A stretch of 64,000 nucleotides of DNA, from NCBI GenBank assembly GCA_002104945.1, contig MCFH01000009.1, positions 372,001 through 436,000 of the forward strand, written 5' to 3'. The position numbers were made by a program, and so were the translations under genes. The notes beneath the pieces were generated by a model that worked only from the letters and a program-made list of their open reading frames with translations, searched no databases and had not been told where the DNA came from. Shown here piece by piece: positions 1-20,925 of the stretch (positions are counted from its first letter, which is position 1; each line of letters opens with the position of its first letter). The DNA is from Piromyces finnis finn (lineage: Eukaryota; Fungi; Neocallimastigomycota).

Positions 1-551
1 TGTAGATAATGTAATAGAAATTAAATGTATGTAATGCTTATTATCGAATCGGTCGGTTAAAAAGGTGCTTTTAACCTATTTTCTTCTTATCTATTATAAA
101 ATACTTAATGATTATTAAGATAAATGGGAGAAGGGTATAATAATTATCTCTTTATTCATATTATATAACTTTTCTATTATATTATAATATATATATTATA
201 TATAAATATTTTAAACTTGTTACATACAAACTATTTTCTATTCTATAAAAAAAAATTTTTTTTTCAACTATTTTATAATTGAACCATTGATTCCTTTCAA
301 TCTATTATAATACATGTTATGAAGATCTATTAGGTATCCATAAACTTTTTATTTTATAATTACTAAAAAAAACATATTAAAAATGGATGTAAAAATAATA
401 TATAAATTTTATTCATTTATTTTAAAAAGTTAAGCTTTTTTTTGTTATTAATAGGAATCTATTAAATTTTAATTATTAATAAAAAAAAAGTTTATTATTT
501 ATATGTATTATTATAAATACTAGGGAGAATGAAATATTATTTTAAGGTGAA

Positions 552-820
552 AATGAATAATGAATAATGAATAATGAATAATGAATAATGAATAATGAAT
601 AATGAATAATGAATAATGAATAATGAATAATGAATAATGAATAATGAATAATGAATAATGAATAATGAATAATGAATAATGAATAATGAATAATGAATAA
701 TGAATAATGAATAATGAATAATGAATAATGAATAATGAATAATGAATAATGAATAATGAATAATGAATAATGAATAATGAATAATGAATAATGAATAATG
801 AATAATGAATAATGAATAAT
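552..820. repeat. Perfect heptamer tandem repeat (TGAATAA)n, about 38 copies
   Basis: Uninterrupted aatgaataatgaataatga... array read directly. Confidence 0.95.
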
Positions 821-1391
821 TGTATATTTATTGGGATGATAAATCCTTTATATGTTCTATATCAATGGTTTGTTGATGATGGACATGCTTGTATTATAAG
901 TAAGAAAAATGATTTTTTTTTTTAAAAAAAATTTATTAATTTTTTACTTTTTTAAATTAATAAAATAAATTTATTATAATATACTACAATATACTGTAAT
1001 ATATATTACAATATATAATTTTATAAATTTAAATTTTTAATTAAAAAAGTGGTTTAACCACACCATGCCATAGATGAAAAAAAAAAAAAAAAAAAAAAAG
1101 AGGGAACAATACCATCAATCACTAAGAAATAAAGGCATGTGAAAATATATTATATATATGTATATTTTATAGGAAATCTCTAAACACTTTTTTTTTTTTT
1201 TGGTTTAATCGCTTAATGATACTTTAAGTCACTTTTATAATTAAAAACACCTAATTTTTGTTTTAATTTTTTTTTTTTTATTTTTATTATTATTATTGCT
1301 TTTTTTTTTTAATAAAAAAAATCGTCAGATAGTTTAAAAAAAAAAAGAAAAAGAAAAAATCAAAATACTAAAAAAAGGAAAATTCATATTT

Positions 1392-1427
<36 letters not shown>

Positions 1428-1754
1428 TAAGAAAAATAAAAAAAAAAAAGACAAATTAATTAATTGAAATAAAACATAAATTTCTATTATCTATATAACA
1501 TCCCATATAAATTAATTATCTTTTTTTTTTTCAAAAATTTTTTTTTTGTTCAGTATATAGATTGACATAATAGTAGGTATAATAATGTATTTGTTTTGAT
1601 AGTCCTGATACAAAATTAACATCGTCTTAATACTTTGCCAAATTATAATGATTTAATAAATTATTGATTTTTTTTTTTTTTTTGATATTGATATTATTGT
1701 TTTTTTTTATACTTTTTATAATAATTTATTTTTTTGTGATTTAATAAAAGAAAT

Positions 1755-2724
1755 TTATTCGTTCTTCTTTTCTTCTTCTTGCTTTTCTTCAGCATCATTT
1801 TCAGCCTTATCATCAACTAATGGTTGAGTTTCTTCTGGCTTAGATTCAACTGGGGCAGCAGCACCCTTACGCTTTTCAATTAAACTCTTAACAGTGGTAA
1901 CAGACTTGGTGTAACCAGTCTTACTGTATTCAACAGTCTTACCGTAGTAGGTCTTACATAATTCAACGTATTCCTTAGCAGATTCAGTTAAAGTAGAAAT
2001 AACCTTGTCAACAGTAATCTTTTCAGAACCTCTAGCCTTGTTCTTAGAATCAGTTAACTTCATAACAGTCTTGACAACAATAGTAATAATGGTGACAGTA
2101 AGGAAGACCTTTAATAAGAAGAAGGAAGCAGCAATTAAGAAAGTAATGATAGCGATAGCTAATAAATTATAAAATAAAAAATAATAAAATAATTATTAAT
2201 TTGTTCTTATTTGACTATTTTTTTTCACTTTTAAAAAAAAAAGAGAATTAATCTTATTTTTTAATTCCTTGTCAATTCATAATACTAAAATTACTTTATA
2301 TATAATAATAAAAATTATATATATTATTTTTAAGATAGTTACTTAAAACAACTAAGAACCATGGAACAAGAATTGGTGATAAAACAAGGAAGATAACTAA
2401 ACAAATAAATAATGGAATAGCGAAAACAGCAGCTAAGATACCAAAAACTGGAGCAGATAAAACAAAAGCACTGAATTTTTGAATTAAGTTTTGAAGGTAT
2501 TGAAGACCAATCTTTAAGTAGTCAACAGTCTTTCCAGTAACAGACTTTACCTTTTCTTCATTAACCTTACCATTGAAACTTAAATTCATACCGTTAATCT
2601 TTCCATTTAAAGCATCTAATTTAACAGATGCAACATCATTAAAGGATTTAACCTTTTCGTTAACAATATCGTTAACCTTGGTAAGATTTAACTTTTCACT
2701 AACAGTTCTGTTTAAGTTTTCCAT
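1755..2724 (-). CDS. Oleosin/promethin-like hydrophobic-hairpin protein, 2 exons (2724-2343, 2158-1755), 261 aa
   Basis: ORFs 2296-2724 and 1755-2063 join through a GT(aac)..(t)AG intron at 2342-2159; exons 382+404 nt = 262 codons. The central 73-aa hydrophobic stretch has one Lys and contains SPILVP. Codon usage rich in AAG/TTC/TAC, like the highly expressed genes here. Gene model solid; family call tentative. Confidence 0.8.
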
Positions 2725-3847
2725 TGTGTTTATTATTAATATTTAATTTAATATAAATACTTCTTTTATTTTAAGTTTTTTTTTTTAAAAAAAAAGCTTT
2801 ATTTCTGGTTTGTTTTTTTTTTGTTGGTTTGTTTTTGTTTTAGTTTTTTATTTTATATAAATATATATAAAATTAATTATATTTTTTTAAAGTAAGAAAA
2901 TAAAAATGATAAATAAAAAAAAAAAAAAATTATTTATTTTGAATTTATATATAAATTTTTTTAGTATTAATAGTATCATTACATTTGAATTAAATATAAA
3001 ATTTCAATTTCAATTCAATTATATGACTATTCAAATATATTGTATTATACGCAATAATATATATAAATTAATTAATTTATTCATAAAAAATTTTTTCCAC
3101 AAATAAAATTTTATAATTAATTATAATTAATAATAAATTGAAAGTCAATTTATTTTTTTAATAATACTAAAAAAAAACCTAGATGGATGAATGACGATCA
3201 TTCAGAGTGGTATTTTTATAATAATACTACATTGATATCAATGTAGTAGTATAAATGTTATAAATGCATCTATTCTTGTAGTATTTATAATTCTTGCATT
3301 ATTACTATTCATTGAATGATTGTATTATTTATTCGTTATTGTATTTATAATAATTTTTGTAATGGCTTAATTGTATTTATTATGGTTTGTATCTATATTT
3401 TGTAATGGATTGTTTTAAGCATTAAGGATAGCCAATAAAAATTTGACTTTTGGTATTATTTATTAATAAAAAAAAAAGGCTATGAACCAAGTGAAATAGA
3501 ATGATGGCTAAAAAATATAAAAAAGAAAAAAAGAATCATTAAAATATTCTCTTTTTTTTTCAATCCTTTTTCATTAGTACTAAAGAATAGATCAATATTA
3601 TGTATCCTAAAGAAAAAATAGGAATGTAAAAAGTGGGAAAAAAAAAAAAAAAACAGTGGTATAATTGTATAGTATTCTATCAAATCCTAAATTTATTTCC
3701 TAATTCATATAAATTAATTATTTATAAAAACATTAGAATATAAGTAATCTTGCCAATGAAACTTTTAATCAAAATTTATAAAAATTATTACAACTATCAT
3801 TATTGTTGTGCTTGTGTTGTTGTTGTTGTTGTGTTGTTGTTGTTATA

Positions 3848-3905
<58 letters not shown>
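3848..3905. repeat. (TTA)n microsatellite, preceded by a (GTT)n-like run
   Basis: Direct reading. Confidence 0.9.
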
Positions 3906-3907
<2 letters not shown>

Positions 3908-4974
3908 AGTTTATTAGAGATAAGAATTTTTTCTTTAATTACTCTGTTTTTTTTCTACATATAATTTAATAATAATATTTTTTTTTATTTAACCACTAGA
4001 TAAAATAATAATTAATATTTTTTTTAAGAATTATTATCTTAGTATTTTTATTCATAATAAAAGAGGTTTTATAACAAAGTCAGCTTTTTATTATTATTTT
4101 TTTTTTGTCATTAATTATTTTTAATATTCAAATAAGGAATGTAAACTATTTTATATTGCATTTATACTTTTTTTTATATATAAATTATATACGCTTTTCA
4201 TTAGTCTAGTTTTATTTTATAATTCTTTTTTTATCATCTTGTTTTTGAATTGATAATAATAAGAAAAAAACTATTTTATAAGAAATCACTATCCTTATCC
4301 AGCAGTTTAACTTTTTTTTTTTAACCTTAAAGGTATTTTTCCACCTTCCTTTTTGAGAAAGAATTATGATTATATAAAAGAAAAAAGATCCATTATTTTA
4401 ACGTATAGGTTAGATTTTTCATTTCATAGTAATATTATTTTTTTTTTTCATATCCTTTACACTAATTTTTATTTTTTACAAGATATTAAAAATCGTTATG
4501 TCTAATTACAACAAAATAATAAAAGAATACACCAACGCATACCACACACATACACACATATACCACACTACAATTCCTATTCATCCACAACTATTATGAC
4601 CTTGAAAAGTAGTTTCTTTTTTTCTTTTTTGCTTTAAATTTTTTTTATCATATGAAGAATTAAAAAAAAAATATTTTACTAGATATAGAAAATTAATATA
4701 TTACAATAGATTAACCATTTTAAATTTAATCTATTTAATATACTGAATGTATTACACAAAATTACAAAATTGTTTTTTTAATTAATAATGTTACAAAAAC
4801 AAATTAATCCTAATCAGGTAAAATGTATACATTAATGTGATTAAATTAAAATGTAATATATAAAAAAAATTGATCATCCATCCTAAACTATAAAGTAATG
4901 GCATCATTCTAATAAATGCAACAATAGTGTAATAACAGTAGAGGTACTACTACTACTAAGAGTAATAATAAACA

Positions 4975-5360
<386 letters not shown>

Positions 5361-6145
5361 ATGCTTTATAAAGATTATAACTATTGTTATTGCTATTATT
5401 ATTGTCATTATAGGTTGTATTAATCTACTCATCATTATTTATGTTGATTATCTATTATTCTATTATCTTTTATCAATGATTATATATTGTGAAATACTAA
5501 TATTTCCTTTTTTTATTAATTTTAATCTATGATGATTTTTTTTTTTACACTTTTTGATATGTACATTTTTAAAATTTTCGATATCTCTCTATGGAAATAG
5601 TATTACATTATAATCAAATTATTATTGATATTTATTTATTGTTATCATATATATTATAAATATTATAGTTTTAATTCTTTATTTGGTTAATCAATTTAAC
5701 TTGTTATTCTTATCCTACCTGTTTTATTGTTTCTTAATTCATTATTTCAAATGAATATCACATCATTAATTATTAATAGTCATAATGCTTTAATTACCTA
5801 TATTATAATTAATTTATTTAGTTTTCATCATTCATTTGAATAAAGTCACTTTTTTTTTTTAAATTAATTTTTTATTATTAAATATAGGTCATGAACTAAT
5901 AAAAATTTTAAAAATAATTATTTTTTAAATTTGATCTTTTTTTTTAATAATAATAAAATTTAAAATTTAATATTAAAATTTTAAAAATTAAATAAATTAA
6001 TTATTTATTTTCAAAAATAAAACTTTTTTTTTTTGACTTTGTTTTCCTTTCCTTTTCTTTTTTTTTTTTTAAAAAAAAAACAACAGCCTTTCTACATATA
6101 AAATATACAAAATATTGTTTATTTAATACTAAAATCACATATAAA

Positions 6146-8766
6146 ATGGAAACTTCAAATATTATTGTACAAAAATTTAGTGGCGTAACCGTTGGTTCTG
6201 CCAAAAGAATGAGAAAAGTTTTACAATTAATAAAGTATTAAATTAATATATTTATATATTTTCAAATTCATAAATATATTCATTGAAATTAAAAAAAAAA
6301 AGAAATTTAAATATAATAAATTTATTAACTCTTTAACACTTTTATTTATTCTTTATTATATATATATTGTCATTTCATTAAATATTATTTACAAAAATTT
6401 TTAAAAATGAAAATTATAATTGTACTCATTCAATTCAAATTAGAAATTCAAGTCAACAAAATAATGTCATTGTTGTCATGTCAGCTATAAGTCCAAAAAA
6501 GAAGATTCATGGAACTACCAGCAAGTAAATATAATACAATAATTTTTTTTTTCATATTTTGAATAATATCTTCAACTTACCCTTTTTTTTTTCAACCTCA
6601 TTTTAATTGTAAAATTCAATAATACCATTCATATATAAACATTTATCTTTAAAGATTAATTCAAGCTACTAGAGACTTATTAGTTAAAAAAGCAACTCAT
6701 TCATTCGAAATTTTAAATGAAATTGAAGAGAATCATATCAATATTTTAAATAAATTAATTACTGAAAATGAAGAATTAAGATTAAAAACAGAAAAGGAAA
6801 TAAGGGCTGAATGTGATGCTTTAAGAAAATTTTTAAAAGCTTTAGAAGTAATTTTATAGTCCAACACTTACACATATCTATAACAAAAAAAAAAAAGTTA
6901 TAAATTACTAAAAAAAATTTATTATTATTATTATTATTTTAAATTATATATCTATGCTATGGGTTATATATAATATATTTATATATTTATGATATAATGA
7001 ATATAATATAATGTAGATTATAAAAGAAATTACCCCAAAATCTAATGATACTATTCTTAGTACTGGTGAAAAATTAGCTGGTATTATTTTCACAGCATTC
7101 ATGAAAAATGAAGTAAATATTTTATGGTTTTTCTTTTTCTTATTTTTTTTTTAATGGTTATCTTTAATAGTTTATTCCATTAATAATTCATACTATGAAA
7201 TATAAAATCAAAATTTATAATACAGTTTTTAAAAATATTTTCTATAAATAATATATAATAGGGACTTGATACTGAATTAATTGATTTTGAAAAACTTGTT
7301 ACTGATGTCAGCGACGATTCTCTTATTGATTCAAACTTTTATATAAAAACTCTTGTTCCAAAAATTACAGAAACATTATCTAATTGCAAGGCAAAAATTC
7401 CATTAATTACTGGTAATTTTTTAAAAGAAAAGAAAACCAAATAAAAAAAAATAATAAATAAGATTAAAATATTTTCATTAGCATTTAAATTACTAATAAA
7501 AAAAAAAAAAAAAAAAAGAAAAAGAAAATTATATTAATTATTATTAAAATTTAATATTGACTAATTAACAATATTTATATTATTATGATTGATATTAATA
7601 GGTTTCATTGGTTCATTCCCATCAGGTATTATTGAAACTATTGGTAGAGGTTATTCAGACTTTACTGCTTCTCTTGTTGCTTTAGCTGTTAATGCTAAGG
7701 AAGTTGAAATATACAAACAAATTTCAGGTATTTATTCAGCTGATCCATTAATTGTCCCAGAAGCTTACGTTTTACCATACATTACACCAGAAGAAGCTTC
7801 TGAATTAGTATTTTACGGTTTAAAAACTATTAATCCATTATGTATGGATATTGCTCGTAATCAAAAAATTAGAATTAAGAGTATTGATAATCCAGAACAT
7901 CCTGGTACTTTAATTGGTCCATATAGTGAAGAATATAAAGACATGAAATCAACTGTTGTATTAATTAAAAAAGATGTCCTTATTTATAATATTCATTGTA
8001 GAAAGGGTTCTGTTGCTCATGGTACAATGAAAAAGGTTTTCGAAACATTTAATAAATTTGGTATTCAACTTGACTTGGTGGCCACAAGTCAAATGAATTT
8101 ATCCATTGCGTTAAGTAGTGATTACGATAAATTAGACTATGTTACTGCTGAATTAAAGCATATAGGAAAGGTAAATACATAATAATAATAATAACAATAA
8201 TAATAATAATAATAATAATAAGAATAAGAATAAGAATAAGAATAAGAATAAGAATAAGAATAAGAATAAGAATAAGAATAAGAATAAGAATAAGAATAAG
8301 AATAAGAATAAGAATAAGAATAAGAATAAGAATAAGAATAAGAATAAGAATAAGAATAAGAATAAGAATAAGAATAAGAATAAGAATAAGAATAAGAATA
8401 AGAATAAGAATAAGAAGAATAATATTAAAATGCTTATCTTAGATAAAAATTCCATCTAAACTATAATGTTTTTTTTTTCTATACCTTTTTAATTAATTTA
8501 AAATTAATATAATAAAAAATAAAAAGGTTTCCATTCGTCCACATATGGCTATTTTATCTGTTGTCGGAAGAAGATTAAAGAATCAAGTTGGTTTTGCTGG
8601 AAAACTTTTTACCTCTTTAGCCGAAAATAATATTAATATTCATATGATTTCTCAAGGAAGAAGTGAAATTAATATTTCATGTGTTATTAATCAAGAAGCA
8701 AAGGCTACAGCATTAAAGAGTGCTTATGATTTAATATATGATGGAAAGATTAAAATTAATAATTAA
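6146..8766 (+). CDS. HOM3: Aspartokinase-family protein (fungal HOM3-like, two ACT domains), 7 exons, divergent ATP-binding motifs
   Basis: Spliced translation METSNIIVQKFSGVTVGS..VIVVMSA..GTTSK..STGEKL..GFIG..GRGYSD..YKQISGIYSADP..ITPEEASELVFYG..MAILSVVG..MISQGRSEINISCV matches HOM3 collinearly. GT-AG introns stay in phase. Orthology versus paralogy uncertain. Confidence 0.88.
8180..8415. repeat. Intronic (AAT)n run grading into a perfect (AAGAAT)n hexamer array
   Basis: Direct reading; lies in the last intron of the aspartokinase-like gene. Confidence 0.95.
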
Positions 8767-9209
8767 ATTTAAAAAAAAAAAAAGAAACATGAAAATTTCA
8801 TTTCTTAAATTAAAATATCATTAGAAGAAATATTATAGTTTTATAAATTATTTATTCAATATAATATAAAAAAAAAATAATTATATTCAATATTTGCAAA
8901 TTATTTAGATGAAACTTGAATTCAAGTAAAAGAAAAAAGTTTGTATTTTATAAAGAAAAATTTGAAATATCTATAAAATATCATTGTATATATTTATTTA
9001 AAAGTAATAATAAAAAATATTAAAGATATTTTCATTTATAATTTCAAAATTTATTTTATTTTATTATCTTGTATCCAAAATATTTAATAATTTAAATTAA
9101 TTTATAAAATGTGTTTAATTTAAATGAAAAAAAAAAAAAAATTACATTAAAATATAATTTTTAAACTTCGGAGTTATGCAAAATTAAAATAAATAATAAC
9201 AAGTTTACA

Positions 9210-9253
<44 letters not shown>

Positions 9254-9336
9254 ATAATATATAAAAAATATTATTTTATATTTATATTATTTATTTTTTT
9301 TATATACAAAATTATTAAAATTAAGAAAAAAATGAA

Positions 9337-15251
<5,915 letters not shown>

Positions 15252-16104
15252 AAAAAAGTCATTAGAAATAATATTAATATTTATTAGTAGAATAGAATAG
15301 ACAATACCCTCTATATATAAAAAAAAAAAATTAGTAAACTATGAAGTATTTTTAAAAAAAAAAAAAATAATAATTTTTATTTTTTATATATAATTAAATT
15401 AGAGTTTATATATATATATTTTTTTTAATACTATTATATCCAATTTTTTAATAATAAAAAATTTTATAAATAAAGCCTTCTTTCCCTTTACTTTAAAAAA
15501 TAATATGAAAAATAATTACGATGAATAGATAAATATACTTTTTTTTTCTAAAAGAACTAGTTAACTAGTTCTATAATGGATATAATATGATAATAAAAAT
15601 TGGCGTTGAGCAAATATTAAAATTTTTTAAAAACAAAATAATAATCATTAAAGTTTGAATTTATATTAAATCAAATTCTATATATTTCTATAGATCTATA
15701 CAAAAATAATTTAAATTAATATGTGAATTATATATATTGTAATATAAAATCTCAAAAAAAAAAATCATTCAATAAAATACAGACTAAATAAAATAAAAAA
15801 AAAATTTTTATATATTCAAGAAAGACTTTTTTCTTTATATATTAAATATTAAATAATAAATAAAAAAAACATTGATTTATTTAAAATTTTAGTTCATTTT
15901 ATATTAGAAAATAATGAAGCTTTATTTAATAATATAATAAAAAGAATATTTTTTTTTGTAGTAATATTCCTTTTTATTTATACAAAAAATATATATTTCT
16001 AAAAAAAAGAAAAGGAAAATTATAGAAAACACTTATAACCTAAAATAATACAATATCAAATAATAATAATAATAATAATAAAGCTAAATCATTAATATAC
16101 AATC

Positions 16105-18777
<2,673 letters not shown>

Positions 18778-18842
18778 AAAATATATATATATATATTATA
18801 AATCCATAATTCAAAAATAAATTATAAAAAAAAAAAAAAAAG

Positions 18843-18873
<31 letters not shown>

Positions 18874-20238
18874 AATCTTTTTTTTTTCTCCAATATCAAC
18901 TCTATTATTACAATTGTTCAAAATATTATTTTCGTTACGTTAATATTATTATTTTAATTTTAATATTACATAATTATTATTAATCTAGATAATCTTAAGT
19001 ATTTTATTATGCTTTAAAAAAAAAATAAATAAATAAATAAAATATATATGTATGTATATAATTTATAAAATATACAATATAATAATCAATTACATAAAGA
19101 AAAAAAAAATAAGATTTCCACTTTCGAGATTCCGTGTAATACATCGAAAGGAAAATGTATTTTCTAAAGTACTGTATAAAAAGGCAAAGTTTTTGATTAG
19201 AGTAAATAATTTGAGTGGTAGTAGTTATACTATTTCTTTCTCATATCTGCAACTAATTTTTTGATTTTAGTTGTTTTTTGTCACTTTATGACATAATATT
19301 AAATTTAAAATATTAATATTGAATTTGTAGTGTTCAATCTTATTTTTCATGAATAAATTTGATTTTATTTTTATTTGTACTTTGCTTATGGTATGGAAGA
19401 TATTTGTTAATCAAATTAAATCTTATTTTAGTTCTTTCATTCCTTTTTATTTATTATTTATATTTAATTAACTAGATAAGGTTTTTTTTTTCAGTTTAGT
19501 GATTTTTACATGAAATCTTGAGATGCTTCGTCATACATTATTTTTTATCATATTTAACATATTTAATCCATTTCTATTTTTTGTTATTTTGAGGGATGCA
19601 GCTTTTTTTTTTTTTTTTTTTTTTTTTGTTTTGTTTTGTTTTGTTTTTTTAATTATGGTTTTATATGATACTAATAGTGTTTTTTTTTTTATTATTATAT
19701 TAGATTTTTTGGTAACCTTTTTACTGCTAATATTCTTTTTTATACTTTATCTGTTTTTATATATTTATAAATATGTATAATTTTATTAGGTTTATTATGG
19801 ACTCTCAAGATGATAAGTATTCACTCTTTTTTTCCCTATTAGCATTTTGTCATTATTTAAATCCTGGAAAATTGAATACTCTCTTTTATGTCATAAATAC
19901 TACTCTTGCTTCAGCATTATATAGAAATTTATTATTTTTACCCAAGTTTCAAATTTTTACCTATTTTAATATGATATATTAACCTCTCACTCTTTTATTC
20001 CACTAACCTTCTCATATAAATTAAAACCTATTGAATATTAAAACCCGACAATTAAAATTAATATAACACAATATTCATCGAACAATTAATATCAATTTCA
20101 AAATAAATCCGTTTAAAAGTTTATTTATATATATATAGTTAGTTCCTAAAATAGCATAATTAAATATATTATATAATAATTTTAAAATTAAATAATTCAA
20201 GTTAAAAATTTAATTATAAAATTCTATTATTAATTTAC

Positions 20239-20430
20239 CATAATAGCGTTAATAATATCTTTAATGTTGTTCTTTTTTATCCCTTAACAACCTCGCTAGG
20301 GGTAACATTAGCTCTTTGTATAACTAATTCAATGTCCTTAGAATCAAGACCAATTTCTTCAACAATCTCGTTATTATTTTCTTTTGTAATTGTACTACTT
20401 GTATCTGTAGTAGTGGTTGTTGACATATGT
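20239..20430 (-). pseudogene. Fragment of a NAC-alpha (EGD2/NACA) C-terminal UBA-like exon, frameshifted
   Basis: Translates EEIGLDSKDIELVIQRANVTPSEVVKG*, then in a shifted frame KNNIKDIINAIM. NAC-alpha consensus as recalled is ETGV..KDIELVM.QANVSR.KAV.ALK.N..DIVNAIM. No N-terminal NAC domain seen. Confidence 0.75.
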
Positions 20431-20523
20431 AGAAAATTAGAAAATATTAGATCAAGAGAAATATGTTCCAGAGGGGCCAAAATCCGATCCCTCCAAGAAA
20501 GATACGCATCTTTTCTAGATTAT

Positions 20524-20925
20524 ATGTTCATTATTTGACTCTTATATATTAATTTTTTCCTTTTTTTTTCATTACATATTTCTCATCAGAATATTTGGTA
20601 TATTTTTTAATTTTTTCATCATAGAATTCGTCTTCTAAACATTTTTTATAATATTTTTTATTTGGAGAGAATGCAAACTCTTTTTTACATTTTGTACATT
20701 TTTTATACAGATATCACATTTTTTTTTACATAGCATTACTTTTCAATAGAATGATCAAAGTGAAGTACTTTGTTTATATAGAATAAATAATCACATTTTA
20801 AAATATTATTTCTTTTTGTATTTGCTTATAAAATTCACCTTTATAATCAATATAAAATTTTAGTATTAGAGAAATTAATATTTAAAAATTAATGAAAATC
20901 GTTCTTTTTATACTTAAATCTAAAC
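20524..20925 (-). repeat. Degenerate inverted copy of 25445-25893 (upstream region plus 5' part of the Cys-rich gene)
   Basis: The reverse complement shares blocks such as aagtacttcactttg, aaatgtacaaaatgtaaa, tctctccaaataaaaaa and aaatgtttagaagacgaattctatga with 25640-25800, and aagtataaaaa.gaa.gattttcattaa with about 25458-25485. Confidence 0.9.

Noticed and set aside
55-76. Hairpin GGTTAAAA-aggtgc-TTTTAACC as a possible Helitron 3' end
   Set aside because: No CTRR terminus at the expected distance on either strand; an 8-bp stem is weak in AT-rich DNA.
552-820. TGAATAA array as a telomeric repeat
   Set aside because: Internal, flanked by unique sequence, and lacks the G-rich strand typical of telomere repeats.
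2906-3683. Short Phe/Ile/Lys-rich ORFs of 60-90 aa here and throughout (e.g. 9476, 19052, 27521, 32118, 43544)
   Set aside because: Expected by chance in very AT-rich DNA; no motifs, no codon bias, no coherent splice structure.
19081-19270. Slightly GC-richer segment that may be a gene or TE remnant (similar ones at 22640-22740 and 35280-35440)
   Set aside because: No recognisable motif in any frame; needs a database search.
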